A stretch of DNA of 58,283 bases, the filler included, from Basidiobolus meristosporus CBS 931.73 (Eukaryota > Fungi > Basidiobolomycota): the NCBI GenBank assembly GCA_002104905.1. It is 3 parts of 3 records of this genome, joined end to end, with 100 filler letters (N's around TTAATTAATTAA, not from the genome) between each part and the next. Parts side by side here need not be neighbours in the genome. Positions count along the whole stretch, not along the records: positions 24,184 to 46,631 come from MCFE01000976.1; 2 more parts are not named here. One strand, written 5' to 3'. Of the stretch, positions 24,084 to 35,277 are shown in pieces. The position numbers were made by a program, and so were the translations under genes. Position 1 is the stretch's first letter, and each line of letters begins with the position of its first letter. Under the pieces are notes generated by a model, which worked only from the letters and a program-made list of their open reading frames with translations, made no database searches and was not told the origin of the DNA.

Positions 24084-24183
24084 NNNNNNNNNNNNNNNNN
24101 NNNNNNNNNNNNNNNNNNNNNNNNNNNTTAATTAATTAANNNNNNNNNNNNNNNNNNNNNNNNNNNNNNNNNNNNNNNNNNNN
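24084..24183. other. Assembly gap / artificial scaffold spacer
   Basis: 100 bp of N with a central TTAATTAATTAA (stops in all six frames); identical design at 46632-46731. Confidence 0.97.
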
Positions 24184-25029
24184 CATGTTATTTTGCAATC
24201 AAAATTTTAAGCATTTTTCATTTCATTGCTTCTTAATTTTCAAAGTGATTTTGTAGCAATATAGATTAATATTTTGATTTGATTTTGAATGATACTTGGA
24301 TAACAAGCTGTCAGAATGTGCAAACCGTCCATTAGTGTACTGGGAATGTACTATATACATAATCCTGTAAAGCACAGATGCTCTCTATTTATAGGAAAGA
24401 ATTTGTTAGAAATTTTCTTGCATTTTATTGCCTAATCCCATAAAATTGAAATTGACAAAAACAAATGTATTATAGGTACTGTTGTGGACTGCAAACATTG
24501 ACTATGAAATAACAAACTACGTAAGAACAGTGCCATTCCTGTGTGCACACTTCAAGCCCTTGCTTGAGAAATCATAGTACAAGTTGTTTTGCATCTCACA
24601 AATAAGACAATGGTATGTTGACTTAAATGGCAATATAACTCCCAAAATCAATACATTTATTTTAAAGTTTGATGGAGTAAGTATGTAAACATTGAAACCG
24701 GCACTCACAAGAGCTTACTGATATCCCAAAGTATCTTCAAATGTGGTTGTTGATACACAACGCTGTTTGGACTTCTCTATTCTCAGTTCATCTTGCCACT
24801 AACCAAATGTGGAGCGCTCCCATTCCTTTTGGTGTCTGTCAATTTTTTTGGACCAGTACACTGTATCTGCAATGGATTGATAGTCAATGAGACTGTGAGA
24901 GTAGAGTAGTTGTGCAAAAAATGCTTATTTGTTTTGCCTACCCAATATCCTTAGTTTAGGTTGATTTATCTGTTGGGGGGAATTGTCTCTGTCAAGGGGT
25001 TGTGTATTGTACAACTTGGGTGGACTGCG

Positions 25030-25434
25030 TCAGAATGTAGCAATATGAAGAGCTATTATCTGGGTTTTTGTTCCCTTTTGCTTGGCGTATTCCAGTGCGT
25101 TGGCCCCACCCTCCAGGTCAAGACTGGGTCTTGCTTGATACTTGACGTTGAAGCCTTTATTGCTGTTGGCATTAGCAATGTTCAGGCTATCATGCTTTCT
25201 GGTCACCGTGCTGAAAACCTGAAGCAATAACGGGGATTGGACATTTGTCGTCTTAACAACAGGCAAAACTTGAGCGTTTTGGTAGCAATTGTTTGCATAC
25301 TGTGCACATGGTAAGCTGCAATAATGAACCCCTCTATACTTGTGAGTGCATGGAGAATGACAGCCAATTAGGGCAGCAACGGCATCTTGAATGGTGGCAA
25401 GGCCTAGAATTACTGCTACAGTAATAAAGCGCAT
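25030..25434 (-). CDS. Secreted small protein family A paralog (altered, shorter C-terminus)
   Basis: MRFITVAVILGLATIQDAVAALIGCHSPC...LPCAQYANNCYQN; signal-peptide-like N-terminus; paralog of 29332-29829. Confidence 0.6.
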   Translation of the reverse strand: MRFITVAVILGLATIQDAVAALIGCHSPCTHKYRGVHYCSLPCAQYANNCYQNAQVLPVVKTTNVQSPLLLQVFSTVTRKHDSLNIANANSNKGFNVKYQARPSLDLEGGANALEYAKQKGTKTQIIALHIATF

Positions 25435-25639
25435 GTGGAGTGAATAACGTATTTGTGGGCTGTTATATAGCATATAATATGGTTTAGCTGGCAAAATTGC
25501 TATTATATATTTCATGGATTAATCAGGTCATTACTCACACCATTACAATGCTGTTTGAGTATCATCCGTATTTTGCATTCTCCTATTTTTTCAATTTTCT
25601 TCTATTATTTGGTGGAACTCACCATGACCAAACCTTATA

Positions 25640-25870
25640 TTTTGTCTTTATTTTCTATTGCTAATCCTAGTATCTTTGAAGTGGCGACAAGCAGATCTCT
25701 TATACTTCATGCTGGCTGAGTGATGATTATTTGTGACTGTTGCTGCTTGGGCTGGTAGAGGGCTTGATCAATGACTTGCCCCTGATCGAACTGGTTTGAG
25801 TAGGACAAGGCATTGGCTTTACTGGAAGAATGACCATTGATGTTGTCCAGCAAGGCTTGGGATGGTTGTA
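25640..25870 (-). pseudogene. 3' fragment of a secreted family B gene
   Basis: Matches 30200-30430 (CAAGCCTTGCTGGACAA..CAATGGTCATTCTTCCAGTAAAGCCAATGCC). Confidence 0.75.
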
Positions 25871-25879
25871 AATTTTAAA

Positions 25880-26221
25880 TATCAATTGAGCAACCGCTAC
25901 AAAAGTAAGGGACTAGTGGCCTTGGTGTTATATCCACAAACTTAGCCAATCACTTGAATCTCGCCGACGAATTTAAGGAGAACTTCCTGGATGTCAGAAG
26001 AGGCTCTGAAATCCCTTACTTGGAAAACCATCCCTCAGGGAGCGGCAACTCACATTGTTGCTGCCTTTGACCCCTTGATTGTAAATCAGTCTGGCTCATA
26101 TCTTGAAGATGCAAAGGTTAGCAATGAGACCGCGCGGCCTTATGCTTTGGATGACTCTAATGCCCAACAACTTTGGAAGCTGAGTGAAGATTTGGTGAAG
26201 TATCCAGAACTTGTCGCATAG
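25880..26221 (+). pseudogene. C-terminal fragment of a short-chain dehydrogenase/reductase (RDH/WWOX-like)
   Basis: QLSNRYKSKGLVA..GVISTNLANHL..WKTIPQGAATHIVAAFDP..SGSYLED..ALDDSNAQQLWKLSEDLV. No Rossmann N-terminus. Confidence 0.75.
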
Positions 26222-26839
26222 AAATAAAATGTAGAGATTTGTACCCGCAATGTATAGCAATATATTTCATCAGAATTAGCAGATCTGCCAGTCAGCTAAG
26301 AGTTTTTGAATCTCAAGTAAATAATCTAAGCTAAACTATGTTTCTTGGGTAATGTTGGATAACTGTATTATGTATACTGCTCGTGACTATGAATTAACCA
26401 ACTACGTAAGAAAAGTGCCATTCCTGCGTGCACGCTTCAAGCCCTTGCTTGAAAGATCGTAGTACAAGTCGTTTTGCGTCTCACGAATAACACAATTGTA
26501 TGTTGACTTAAACGGCAATTTACCTCCCAATATTGATACATTTATTTTAAAGTTCGATGGAGTAAGTACACAAACATTGAACATGGCTTTACTGACATCC
26601 CAAAGTATCTTCAAATGCGGTTGTTGATACACAACGCTGTTTGGACTTCTCTCTTGCCACCAACCAAATGTGGAGTGCCCCTATGCCTTTGGTGTCTGTC
26701 GATTTTTTTTTGGACCGGTACACTGTGTCTGCCATGGATTGATAGTGAGAGTAGGGTAGTCGTGCAAAGAATGTCTATTTGTTTCACCTTCCCAATATCC
26801 TCAGTTTAGGTTGATTTATCTGATAGGCGCAATTGTCAG

Positions 26840-27262
26840 CACACTAATTGTATTGAACATTTTGTTCGGTCTCTGCTACATCTTGGGTGGACTACATCAC
26901 AACGTAGGGATACGAAGAGCTATTGTCCGGGTGTTTCGCTCCCTTTTGCTTGGCGTATTCCAGTGCGTTGGCCCCACCCTCCGGTTCGAGACTGGGTCCT
27001 GCTTGATACTTGACATTGAAGCCTTTATTGCTGTTGGCATTAGCAATGTTCAGGTTATTGGGCTTTCTGGTCACGGTGGTCAAACCTGGCACAATAACGG
27101 GGATTGAACATTGGACGACTTAACAACGTTTTGGTAGCAATCATTCGCATACTGTATACATGGTAAAATGCGATAATGAACCCCTCAATACTCGCGAGTG
27201 TATGGAGAGTAACCGCCGATTGCGGCAAGGTCTCCAATCACTGCTACTGTAATAAAGCGCAT
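26840..27262 (-). pseudogene. Frameshifted family A paralog
   Basis: ATGCGCTTTATTACAGTAGC start; TVTRKPNNLNIANANSNKGFNVKYQAGPSLE; deletions break the frame. Confidence 0.75.
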
Positions 27263-27923
27263 GTGGAATGAATAGTGTATTTGTAGGCTGGTATATAGGC
27301 TTGGCTGGACAAATTGCTATAACTTATTTCATGGATTAATCAGGTCATTACTCACACTGTCACTATGCTGTTGCGGGCACACTCCTAACGATTGTTTGGG
27401 CTCCATCAGTATTTATATATTTTTATTTGCATTCCCCTCACGCATGTCCATAGTTCTTATTTTTACTCATTTCTTCCATTGTTTTGTGGAACTCACCATG
27501 ATTTTCTGGAGCATACTTTAAAGTGGCGTGACTTCTTGTACTCTCCCGATTTATATCACCTTCTCGATCCCACTCCTGATTTAGCCTGGGTACCTCACCG
27601 TTTGCTATTTCTTAAAAGTGAACCTTATGCCTAGCTGGTGATTCTCGTAAGTGAGACAGTGCATACACGAATTAGTAATCAGCATTTAATGTCAACCAGA
27701 TGCTTTATAGTATAAAGCTAGAGGTAGATACTGAAGAAAGCGAAAGGCGACGTTGGCGATAGTGATGCTTAGATGTTCTTGGCGCAACAGTCCGAGTTCG
27801 GAGCCACTACAACATGACTTAAACGTTAGTAAGAGTGACCGAATGATACTTATATGCTGCCCTTGTATATTGTTGATGTAACACCACTTTGTGCTGCATA
27901 TCCAATACTATACGAGATAATCC

Positions 27924-28390
27924 CTACTCCACCATGCCACTAAATTCCTTGAAAGTTACTGTTTCCGCACGGGAAGTTCCGTGCCAATCTTTGTTACAAC
28001 CGCAAATATCATTGCCGCCTTTTGCTGGGTAACCCCACAGACTAGGCTTAAGTTCTTCCGGCTTTTTCTGTCTTCTAAAAGCGATCCAGGGCGACAAAAA
28101 ATACGTCAATCCCATCAGTTGCATCATGAACACGCTTTGCCACGCTTCCACTCTGTGTACCTAGGCTTTGAGAAAGCTCCTGAATCATCCTCATGCATTC
28201 TGCGAACCTTACTTCCTGTCCAGAATGAAGATGGAAATTCTTCATTACACGCCTTTACGTTTTTATATAGCTCTACATACTCGGGGGTTGCCGTAGTATT
28301 GGGTCGGTTACGTTCAAGAGGAGCGGCAAAAGAGGATGCAAGTATCAAAGCACTGGCTAAGAGGATATCTTGAGTAGACACTCCTCTACG
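27924..28390 (-). pseudogene. Orphan, probably secreted protein gene (possibly disrupted)
   Basis: ILLASALILASSFAAPLE signal-like stretch in ORF 28124-28576; possible continuation in another frame (27924-28151); no clear ATG. Confidence 0.4.
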
Positions 28391-28879
28391 GCCTTTATAT
28401 TCGTTATTATACCTTCTTGGTTTATAAGTCACACAACATGCAACTTTAATATTAATCACGTTTGGGAAGAACCCAGAAATGATTAAACAGTCTAGTTCAT
28501 CCGGTATAAAGTAGTACTTTTCTTGGATTGGATTCATTACTAAGCCATATCTCTTACATTTGTGCATCGATAACAACAGTGTCTTGAACGACCATTACTC
28601 ACTGCTCAGTATCATCTAGACAATTGCTCCGATTTATTGATCATTACATAGGAAAAGATTTATGTTCTTCCACTGATTTTCAGTTTAATTTAGTCTGCCA
28701 AACCCGGGATTTTGTATTTATTGATCGTAAATTCGATTGCCATTTCTTCATTATGAAAAAACACTGATGGGTAACGACAAAACAGTAGGTAAAGATACTT
28801 TATGATGCTTGCTTCGAGTGACGGTAGTACTTCAAGAATATTTGCTTTCAAACTCTTTCGTAAGGTCCAAGTACAAGCT

Positions 28880-28961
28880 GGTGAGGTGGCCGAGTGGTCT
28901 AAGGCGCTGCGTTCAGGTCGCAGTCTCTTCGGAGGCGTGGGTTCGAACCCCACCCTCATCA
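28880..28961 (+). tRNA. tRNA-Leu(CAG): tRNA-Leu(CAG)
   Basis: Acceptor stem GGTGAGG/CCTCATC+A, D-loop TGGCCGAGTGGT, anticodon arm CTGCG-TTCAGGT-CGCAG, long variable arm, T-loop GGTTCGAACC. Confidence 0.97.
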
Positions 28962-29331
28962 TCTATTTTACTCTTAGCTTGCACAAAAATGATAAGAGGA
29001 AATATCACAATGCTAACAGTCACTGGGCAGTCTGTCAATCTCGAATCTTTGTGTTACCAAAGTCAATCCGGTAACCCTGCCAGACATTCTCTCTAATATC
29101 AACCTTTTCGGTGGAGGGCAGCATCACTAAAGACTGAGGGTGAGTATGTTACTACGTAAGCGAATATCTAATATTAATGCCCGCAGCTCTGATCATGATA
29201 CAGGTGCGTGCAAGTAAAAAGCTAATCACAACTAACAACAAGTATAAGAATGTCATTTGAATTTTATTGATTGAAAATTTTCAGTTGTAGCGTGGTGATG
29301 ACTACCTACATTTTCAGCTCATGTCATCGCA

Positions 29332-29829
29332 CTAATTGTATTGAACGTTTTGCTCTGGACAATCTTTTACGCATTGCATCTCTGCCACAGGGGTTGTGTA
29401 TTGTATATCTTGGGCGGGCTGCATCAGGACGTAGGGAGAGAAAGAACTATCTTCCAAGTGTTCCGCTCCCTTTTGCTTAGCATATTCTAATGCATTGACC
29501 CCACCCTCCAGTTCGAGACTGGGCCCTGCTTGATACTTGACATTGAAGCCTTTGTTGCTGTTGGCGTTAGCAATGTTCAGGTTATCGTGCTTTCTGGTCA
29601 CCGTGGTGAAAACCTGGCGCAATAACGGGGATTGGACATTCGTCGTCTTAACGACAGGCAAAACTCGAGCGTTTTGGTAGCAATCGCTCGCATACTGTGC
29701 ACATGGTAAGCTGCGATAATGCACCCTTCTATACTCGCGAGTGCATGGAGAAGAACAGCCGATTGGGGCAGCAACGGCAACTTGAAGAGCGGCAAGGCCT
29801 AGAATCACTGCTATGGTAGTAGAGTGCAT
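29332..29829 (-). CDS. Secreted Cys-containing small protein, family A (165 aa, orphan)
   Basis: Signal peptide MHSTTIAVILGLAALQVAVA-APIG; upstream TATATAGC/TATATAATA; ORF intact in both duplicates. Confidence 0.8.
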   Translation of the reverse strand: MHSTTIAVILGLAALQVAVAAPIGCSSPCTREYRRVHYRSLPCAQYASDCYQNARVLPVVKTTNVQSPLLRQVFTTVTRKHDNLNIANANSNKGFNVKYQAGPSLELEGGVNALEYAKQKGAEHLEDSSFSPYVLMQPAQDIQYTTPVAEMQCVKDCPEQNVQYN

Positions 29830-30185
29830 GCTGAAGAATAGCTGAGAAATAAGTTAGTTGCATACGACGCTATATAGCATGGGAGGCTATATAATAAGGT
29901 TAAACTGAGGGCATAAAGTGAGTATTATTAGATACATTCTGTTATGGACTTTATTGAGGAAACCTGTAACATATAAAACACATGCGCTGGAATGACAGCC
30001 TCTGTATATATTATATGGTTCTATCACCACTGCCCATAATTCTCTTCAAATTATGCCACTATTTACAACGATAAGGAACGCTATTTCTGCGTGTGCATAT
30101 CAGCAAATTCTTGAATACTTGTACATCATCAGTATGCCTAGTAATGTATTGCTCATTTTATTTCGTAAATTTGCTTTTACTGGAC

Positions 30186-30731
30186 TTAATGTCTGTTTCC
30201 ACTGAAATATCTCACTTTGAAGTGGCGACGAGCAGATCTCTTATACTTCTTGTACCCACCTCTAAGAGCACGCGCTGCTGGCTGAGTGATGATAATTTGT
30301 GGCTGTTGCTGCTTGGGCTGGTACAGGGTTTGATCAATGACTTGCGCTTGGTCGAATTGGTTTGAGTTGGACAAGGCATTGGCTTTACTGGAGGAATGGC
30401 CATTGATTTTGTCCAGCAAGGCTTGGGATGGCTGAAGATTGGAAATATCGAACTCTTGCAACCCAGAGAATCCTGGCTGCTCACCCGAAGTCTCGCTTGT
30501 TTGCATTGGCTCACTCATCTCCGAATCATCCCCCTCCTCAGTTGACGGCTGGTATTCTTGACTGGGGGCCGAAGTGTCCTGATAACAAGCACCCTGTTGT
30601 TCGACGCATGGCTCATTGGTGAAGGCTACCTGGGAGTCACCGAGTGGGGTAGCGGAGATTGCTTGCAACGAAGCGATGGCGGAAACTAGCAAGAGGAAGG
30701 AAAGCTGCATGACTGGCTGGTGGAGTCTCAT
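30186..30731 (-). CDS. Secreted Q/S/E-rich small protein, family B (181 aa, orphan; may start at the second Met, 30710)
   Basis: Signal peptide MQLSFLLLVSAIASLQAISA-TPLG; acidic middle, basic C-tail; intact in both duplicates. Confidence 0.8.
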   Translation of the reverse strand: MRLHQPVMQLSFLLLVSAIASLQAISATPLGDSQVAFTNEPCVEQQGACYQDTSAPSQEYQPSTEEGDDSEMSEPMQTSETSGEQPGFSGLQEFDISNLQPSQALLDKINGHSSSKANALSNSNQFDQAQVIDQTLYQPKQQQPQIIITQPAARALRGGYKKYKRSARRHFKVRYFSGNRH

Positions 30732-32237
30732 GCGAATTTTGACGATTTATATCACCTCGATCCCACTCAATTAGGCTTCGTTCATAGCACTAGCTTTATG
30801 CGAGCTAGATTGATTTAACCTTTGCTACTTTACCTCTTCGTACCAAGGCTACACAGTATAGGTTGCACTTCAAAGTGTGAAGAATGAGGGAGATCTGGTC
30901 AATGATATCCTTAATATCGTTCAAAATTCTCTCAGTTTTTGCAATAACTATCCGTGTTAGTAAGGACTTCGGTAATTTTTTACTAATGAGCTTAAGTGTT
31001 ACCGTCGAGAAAGTCCAAGGTCATTGCGGTCAATTTCAATGGGGTTTGGTACTCCTTTGTATCAGTGTAGTACTGTGAGCTTAACATGCACTTTTGGTAT
31101 TGTTATTCCATCTTTAAGGCAAGTATCTCTTACGATAGTCCTGTCATTGCCTGGAAGGTATTGTCCTTTGGTAGTGCTGTTTTCTTGCTATACACATGCT
31201 TAAATATATTGCTGATCTGACCCTGCCGCAACTGGAGAGCAGCCACCACAGTCAAGCTTTGGGGCAGGCTTATTAAATTAACCTGTTATTACAAGAACCT
31301 AGGGTTGTCGCTGATTGGTGAACAATACGACTGTCATGGGGTGTATAGCACAGTACAGGCGAGAATAAATTGATTAGCTGTTTGCCAAGAGTTGGGGATA
31401 TTGAGTGGATAGTGCTTGGGATAGTTGAGGCTGCCTTGGAATTTCTTGTTGTAGTACACGCGTTTTCAATTAGTTATTTGTCAAAAAACAGGCCAAATAT
31501 GACTGTTCACTTAATTATGCTACTACAATCAATGACTTGAATGGCAATGCTTTCTTACTAGACACATGTTCTTATCTATTGCTAACTTCATCCTGCAACA
31601 GATGGAGTACAGCGTCGGATTAAGAGCTCAGCCACCGACTATCACGGTCATTCTTTTGGGTTATTACAAGAACAGACTCATTGCTGATTGGTGCAAATCC
31701 TTGTCGCCAATGACCGGCATGGTGCGTAGAGACGGTGCCGGCAAGAAGGAATTATTCACGGTTGTGTTTAGCCAGTACGGTAAGACATCAGCCAGGGCCA
31801 TAGAGACTTATGTGTATTGATTCTAATGGCTTTGGGTTAACTTTCCGTTGGTGAATTTTGGCGATGGGCTATGGCCTCAGAATTGAAGTTGATTACGCTC
31901 CTTGCCTCGCTATTCAATAGAAAAGTATGTTGAGAAGGATAGTGATTCATATATTTTCCGTGCAATTACTCATTGAATCATTGTCAGCCAACATGTTGTA
32001 AAACTTGTTTCCTCAGGTAATGTTGCAGATTTGGCCTCAACTGTAACCATTCATGATTTCTGGATCATTTCTCCAAGCTTGGCCTAAGACTCAGCACTTT
32101 AGGTGGGAAGCCGCTATACTTAGTAGAAAAGGGCACATGAAGCAGCCAACACTAAGCCACCACCTGGATAAGGTGATATAAAGCAGCAGGTGTAGGCTTG
32201 CCAGTCTCAAGACTTATTGCACTCCACTTCCTCAGCC

Positions 32238-32456
32238 ATGGTATCCGATCAAGAAGCCCGTTTGTATTCTGCCGAAGTCAGAGAAGAAATTGCCAGAGCC
32301 AAGAGAGCTAACAATGGAAACTACGCCTCAGTCACAGTCAGAGGGATTCGCTGGACTTGGAGAGGACCCGGAACTGGCGAGCTGTCCTCCAAGCAGATCC
32401 TCGAAGGGAGAAAAGGGACCACCTGCGTGGATAGCCAGACATGGGTAATCTCGTAG
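32238..32456 (+). CDS. Small orphan protein family D (72 aa)
   Basis: GCCATGG start with TATAAA at 32177; ORF conserved at 55254 and 56243. Confidence 0.55.
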   Translation: MVSDQEARLYSAEVREEIARAKRANNGNYASVTVRGIRWTWRGPGTGELSSKQILEGRKGTTCVDSQTWVIS

Positions 32457-33424
32457 GGTTTGGTTGGTGCCTACGTAGCCGGTGGACTCTTGGAGATGTT
32501 GCTGTTAAGGATATTTAGCTGAAGCATTGTGAAATAAATGAGTTCAAATCCGCATTCCTTTGACCCCGCTGTATTATGGGTATTGCACTTTATTAAATAT
32601 GTGTGAACTGCTACTTTGATTGTCTAAGTATAGCATGAGAGCGGAGTTTTACATGCTTTTGATCAGATACACGTGTACAACTGCCGTGTACATGCATCCG
32701 TTCCAGCAATCAGTATCGTGCCACACGCTCCGTACTTCTGAAGACAATAATTTTCTGTTGCGGTTAATATGATATGGCACCCCTGAGGTCTTTGCTTTTG
32801 CCTTAGTAGCGTTGGCTTCCTTTAGAAAAGGCATTGTTTAATTTCTGCTGCCAAACAACCTAGATCTCAACGTGTATCCTAAATAACCTTGAGACTGTTA
32901 AGCATCTATCAGCCGGACGCCACTTTGAATCTGTAACAGCTATTGCGCTGATCTATGTAAGTGCTGAAGAAATCAACGTGTTTCTAAGCAGGAAAAATAG
33001 ATTATCTAGAACTCTTATTTTGAGTACTCCTGCAGCCAAATAGGTATTTTGATAGATGCCGAGCTCCGCAACCTCAGTTATTGTACGTAGAAAGAGCATG
33101 GCAAATTTGGTGAGTTGCTGTTCAGTGCCTATTGGTCCACACTTCCAGGTGCAATATAGAGTGAAGCTCACAATCTGTTTACCCACATTGACTTGTGCTT
33201 GACTAAATAGATGAAGTTGGAAATCAGCATTTCATTTACCCCTATATTACTCAAATGCCTTAATATTCAACTTGGCTAAGTGTCTATTAGCAGTTTATAT
33301 ATTTGGGAGCCTAAGTCATCCTAAAAAAGGTCAAAAGATGGATTTTCCTATTACTTGCTACTTTGCATGTGGATGTAGAACTATGTTACACATTTTGTGG
33401 CTAAGTATAAGTCTGCTGTGCCCC

Positions 33425-33493
33425 TCTGGCACATTATGGCACTATTTGGCACTTGTGGCTCAATGTGACGCAATCTAACAGAACAAGTCTATT
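33425..33493 (+). repeat. Isolated end of the Harbinger-like element
   Basis: TGGCAC at 33427, 33437, 33447, then AACAGAACAAGTCTATT (compare 2396-2412 AACGGAACAAGTCTATT). Confidence 0.6.
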
Positions 33494-34020
33494 ATAGTTG
33501 ATTTTTTTGGCTAAACTCACAGCTTTCAGTTTCTCAGGTTCTGTTGTTTATACAGACAGGACAATTATTTCAAGGTGGTGAATAGGGTGAATAGGGCAAA
33601 TAACCTTTCACAAGATTTGCTAATGAAATTCACACTAACCAGGTGTGGGACAAGTATTACTGCTGGAAGCACTAGTCCAAGATTTATTCCAAAGGTTGAT
33701 GATTCTGTAAACAGAAGAGGAAGCATCAAAGTGATTTATTTGCATCAAACAGAAATACTAAGACTAATTAGTAATTATAATGGTATCCCGGGCCCTGATC
33801 TTATGGGAATATATAGTCACATACATCTAATAGTGTATTTATACTAATTGTCCAGCATCCACCAGAGGTTTTTGACAGAGTAGCACTTTTATTTATACTG
33901 TTGTAAATGATGTGTAGCATATATGGTTAGAATACCCCAACATACACTGTTTACTTCTTTATCCAGCTACTTGTATACTTATATTCTTTCTAGCATTGAA
34001 CATTGAACGTAATAGATTTA

Positions 34021-34130
34021 TTAATCATCAGATACAGCATCTCTGGCCAGACTTGCATCCAGTATCCCAGAATACAGATCTCCAACGCACAAGGAGCCTC
34101 TTGAGTTCCCTTGGGCTTGGCACAAGAGAG
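34021..34130 (-). pseudogene. 3' half of a small secreted peptide gene, family C
   Basis: ALLCQAQGNSRGSLCVGDLYSGILDASLARDAVSDD*; the signal-peptide half seen at 57484 is replaced. Confidence 0.55.
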
Positions 34131-35277
34131 CATTATGGCATAGTGGTACAGAGTTAATGTGGTACTAATAAACAAAATCAAAATCCATAAACCGGGTTGC
34201 TCATCAGATACGCTATTGTGTAGTGGTTGTTCTACACTAATAAAGCATCTTTGATTTCTAACTAGAAAGTTAATCAGGACCTTGAGATGCATAGACAATC
34301 TCAATAATTATGTTTACAGTAGCACGTACATTCCATGGCTGTTGTGGCTAAGCAGTCTGTAACAATGGAATGAGTGTGGATACATTGATCACAGTCACTC
34401 TACCATTTAAGACTGATATTCAATCATGGTATGCAAAGTCCTAGGTAACACTGTCACTTATAAAGTATAAATGATATATAGTATTGTTGCACATGGTCTG
34501 CAAATAAACACCTGTTAGCCAATGAATCTTGATTTTTAAGCCTTTGCAGTAATATGCAAGTATTTGATACAACTTTAGTGTTTGTAGTGACTTGCTTTGA
34601 TTTTGCGTCATTCCACGTAGACACCTGCAAGTAAATATAGATATGAGATTGCTTCCCACCATGGGAAGTTTAGTTACTTTTCATTCATGAAAGTAGTGAC
34701 TAGTGAAGTTTATCCGCAGCCTACATTCATAAGACTTTAACCATAGAAATATACCCTGGAGATGTTACTACAATGCCACTACAATGCCACTTATATTAAG
34801 TTATCTACCATCTGCGCTTTGGAATATGAGCAACCTAAGACAGAAAATTTAGCCCCAAACTTTGGACACATGTAGAAGTATAAAGAATACTCTTATGTTT
34901 GAGTAAAGACCCAATATCCCAAGACTCTACTTGTTTATGCGTAACCACTTTTGTCTTCACAGGACTACAAACAGATGCTTTGTATACAATGAATCAATAA
35001 GTGCTGTCATTGTTGGTTTGTAGGCGCATTCATTTATTTCAATGAAGCCTTTTTGGATGAGAAATAGAAGTACGGTAATATGCCAGCCAAACTCCACACT
35101 TTCCATTGTAAGATGAGCTATGGGGAATCAAGTTGGCAATCTCCAAAATAACCGTGTCAAACACTCTTCTTCTGGATTGAGCATACTCTTTGGCGCATCT
35201 GTCTACCCACAGACCATGGTTACTGGGATGTGTGTGCAGTATACAGCAATGAAAGCCATATTTTTAAGAGAACACCT

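Larger units (their letters stand above)
24480..27360. repeat. Local duplication of an approx. 1-kb unit (24480-25520 and 26380-27360), each carrying a family A gene
   Basis: Colinear ACTACGTAAGAA...CCATTCCTG...GGATTAATCAGGTCATTACTCACAC in both copies. Confidence 0.85.
27431..34400. repeat. Subtelomeric segmental duplication, copy 1 (paired with approx. 51568-58260)
   Basis: Same order and orientation of tRNA-Leu and the family A, B, D and C genes and spacers; high identity with several large indels. Confidence 0.92.

Noticed and set aside
24128-24139. TTAATTAATTAA palindrome inside N runs (also 46676-46687)
   Set aside because: Identical 100-bp design at both gaps; an artificial six-frame-stop scaffold linker, not biology.
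24517-24708. 63-76-aa ORF conserved in both local duplicates (also 26402-26632)
   Set aside because: Short ORF conservation is expected at this nucleotide identity; no recognisable motif or start context.
28690-29096. 90-95-aa ORFs on both strands over the tRNA (also 51873-52279)
   Set aside because: Translations of the tRNA-Leu gene and flanks; conserved only because the block is duplicated.
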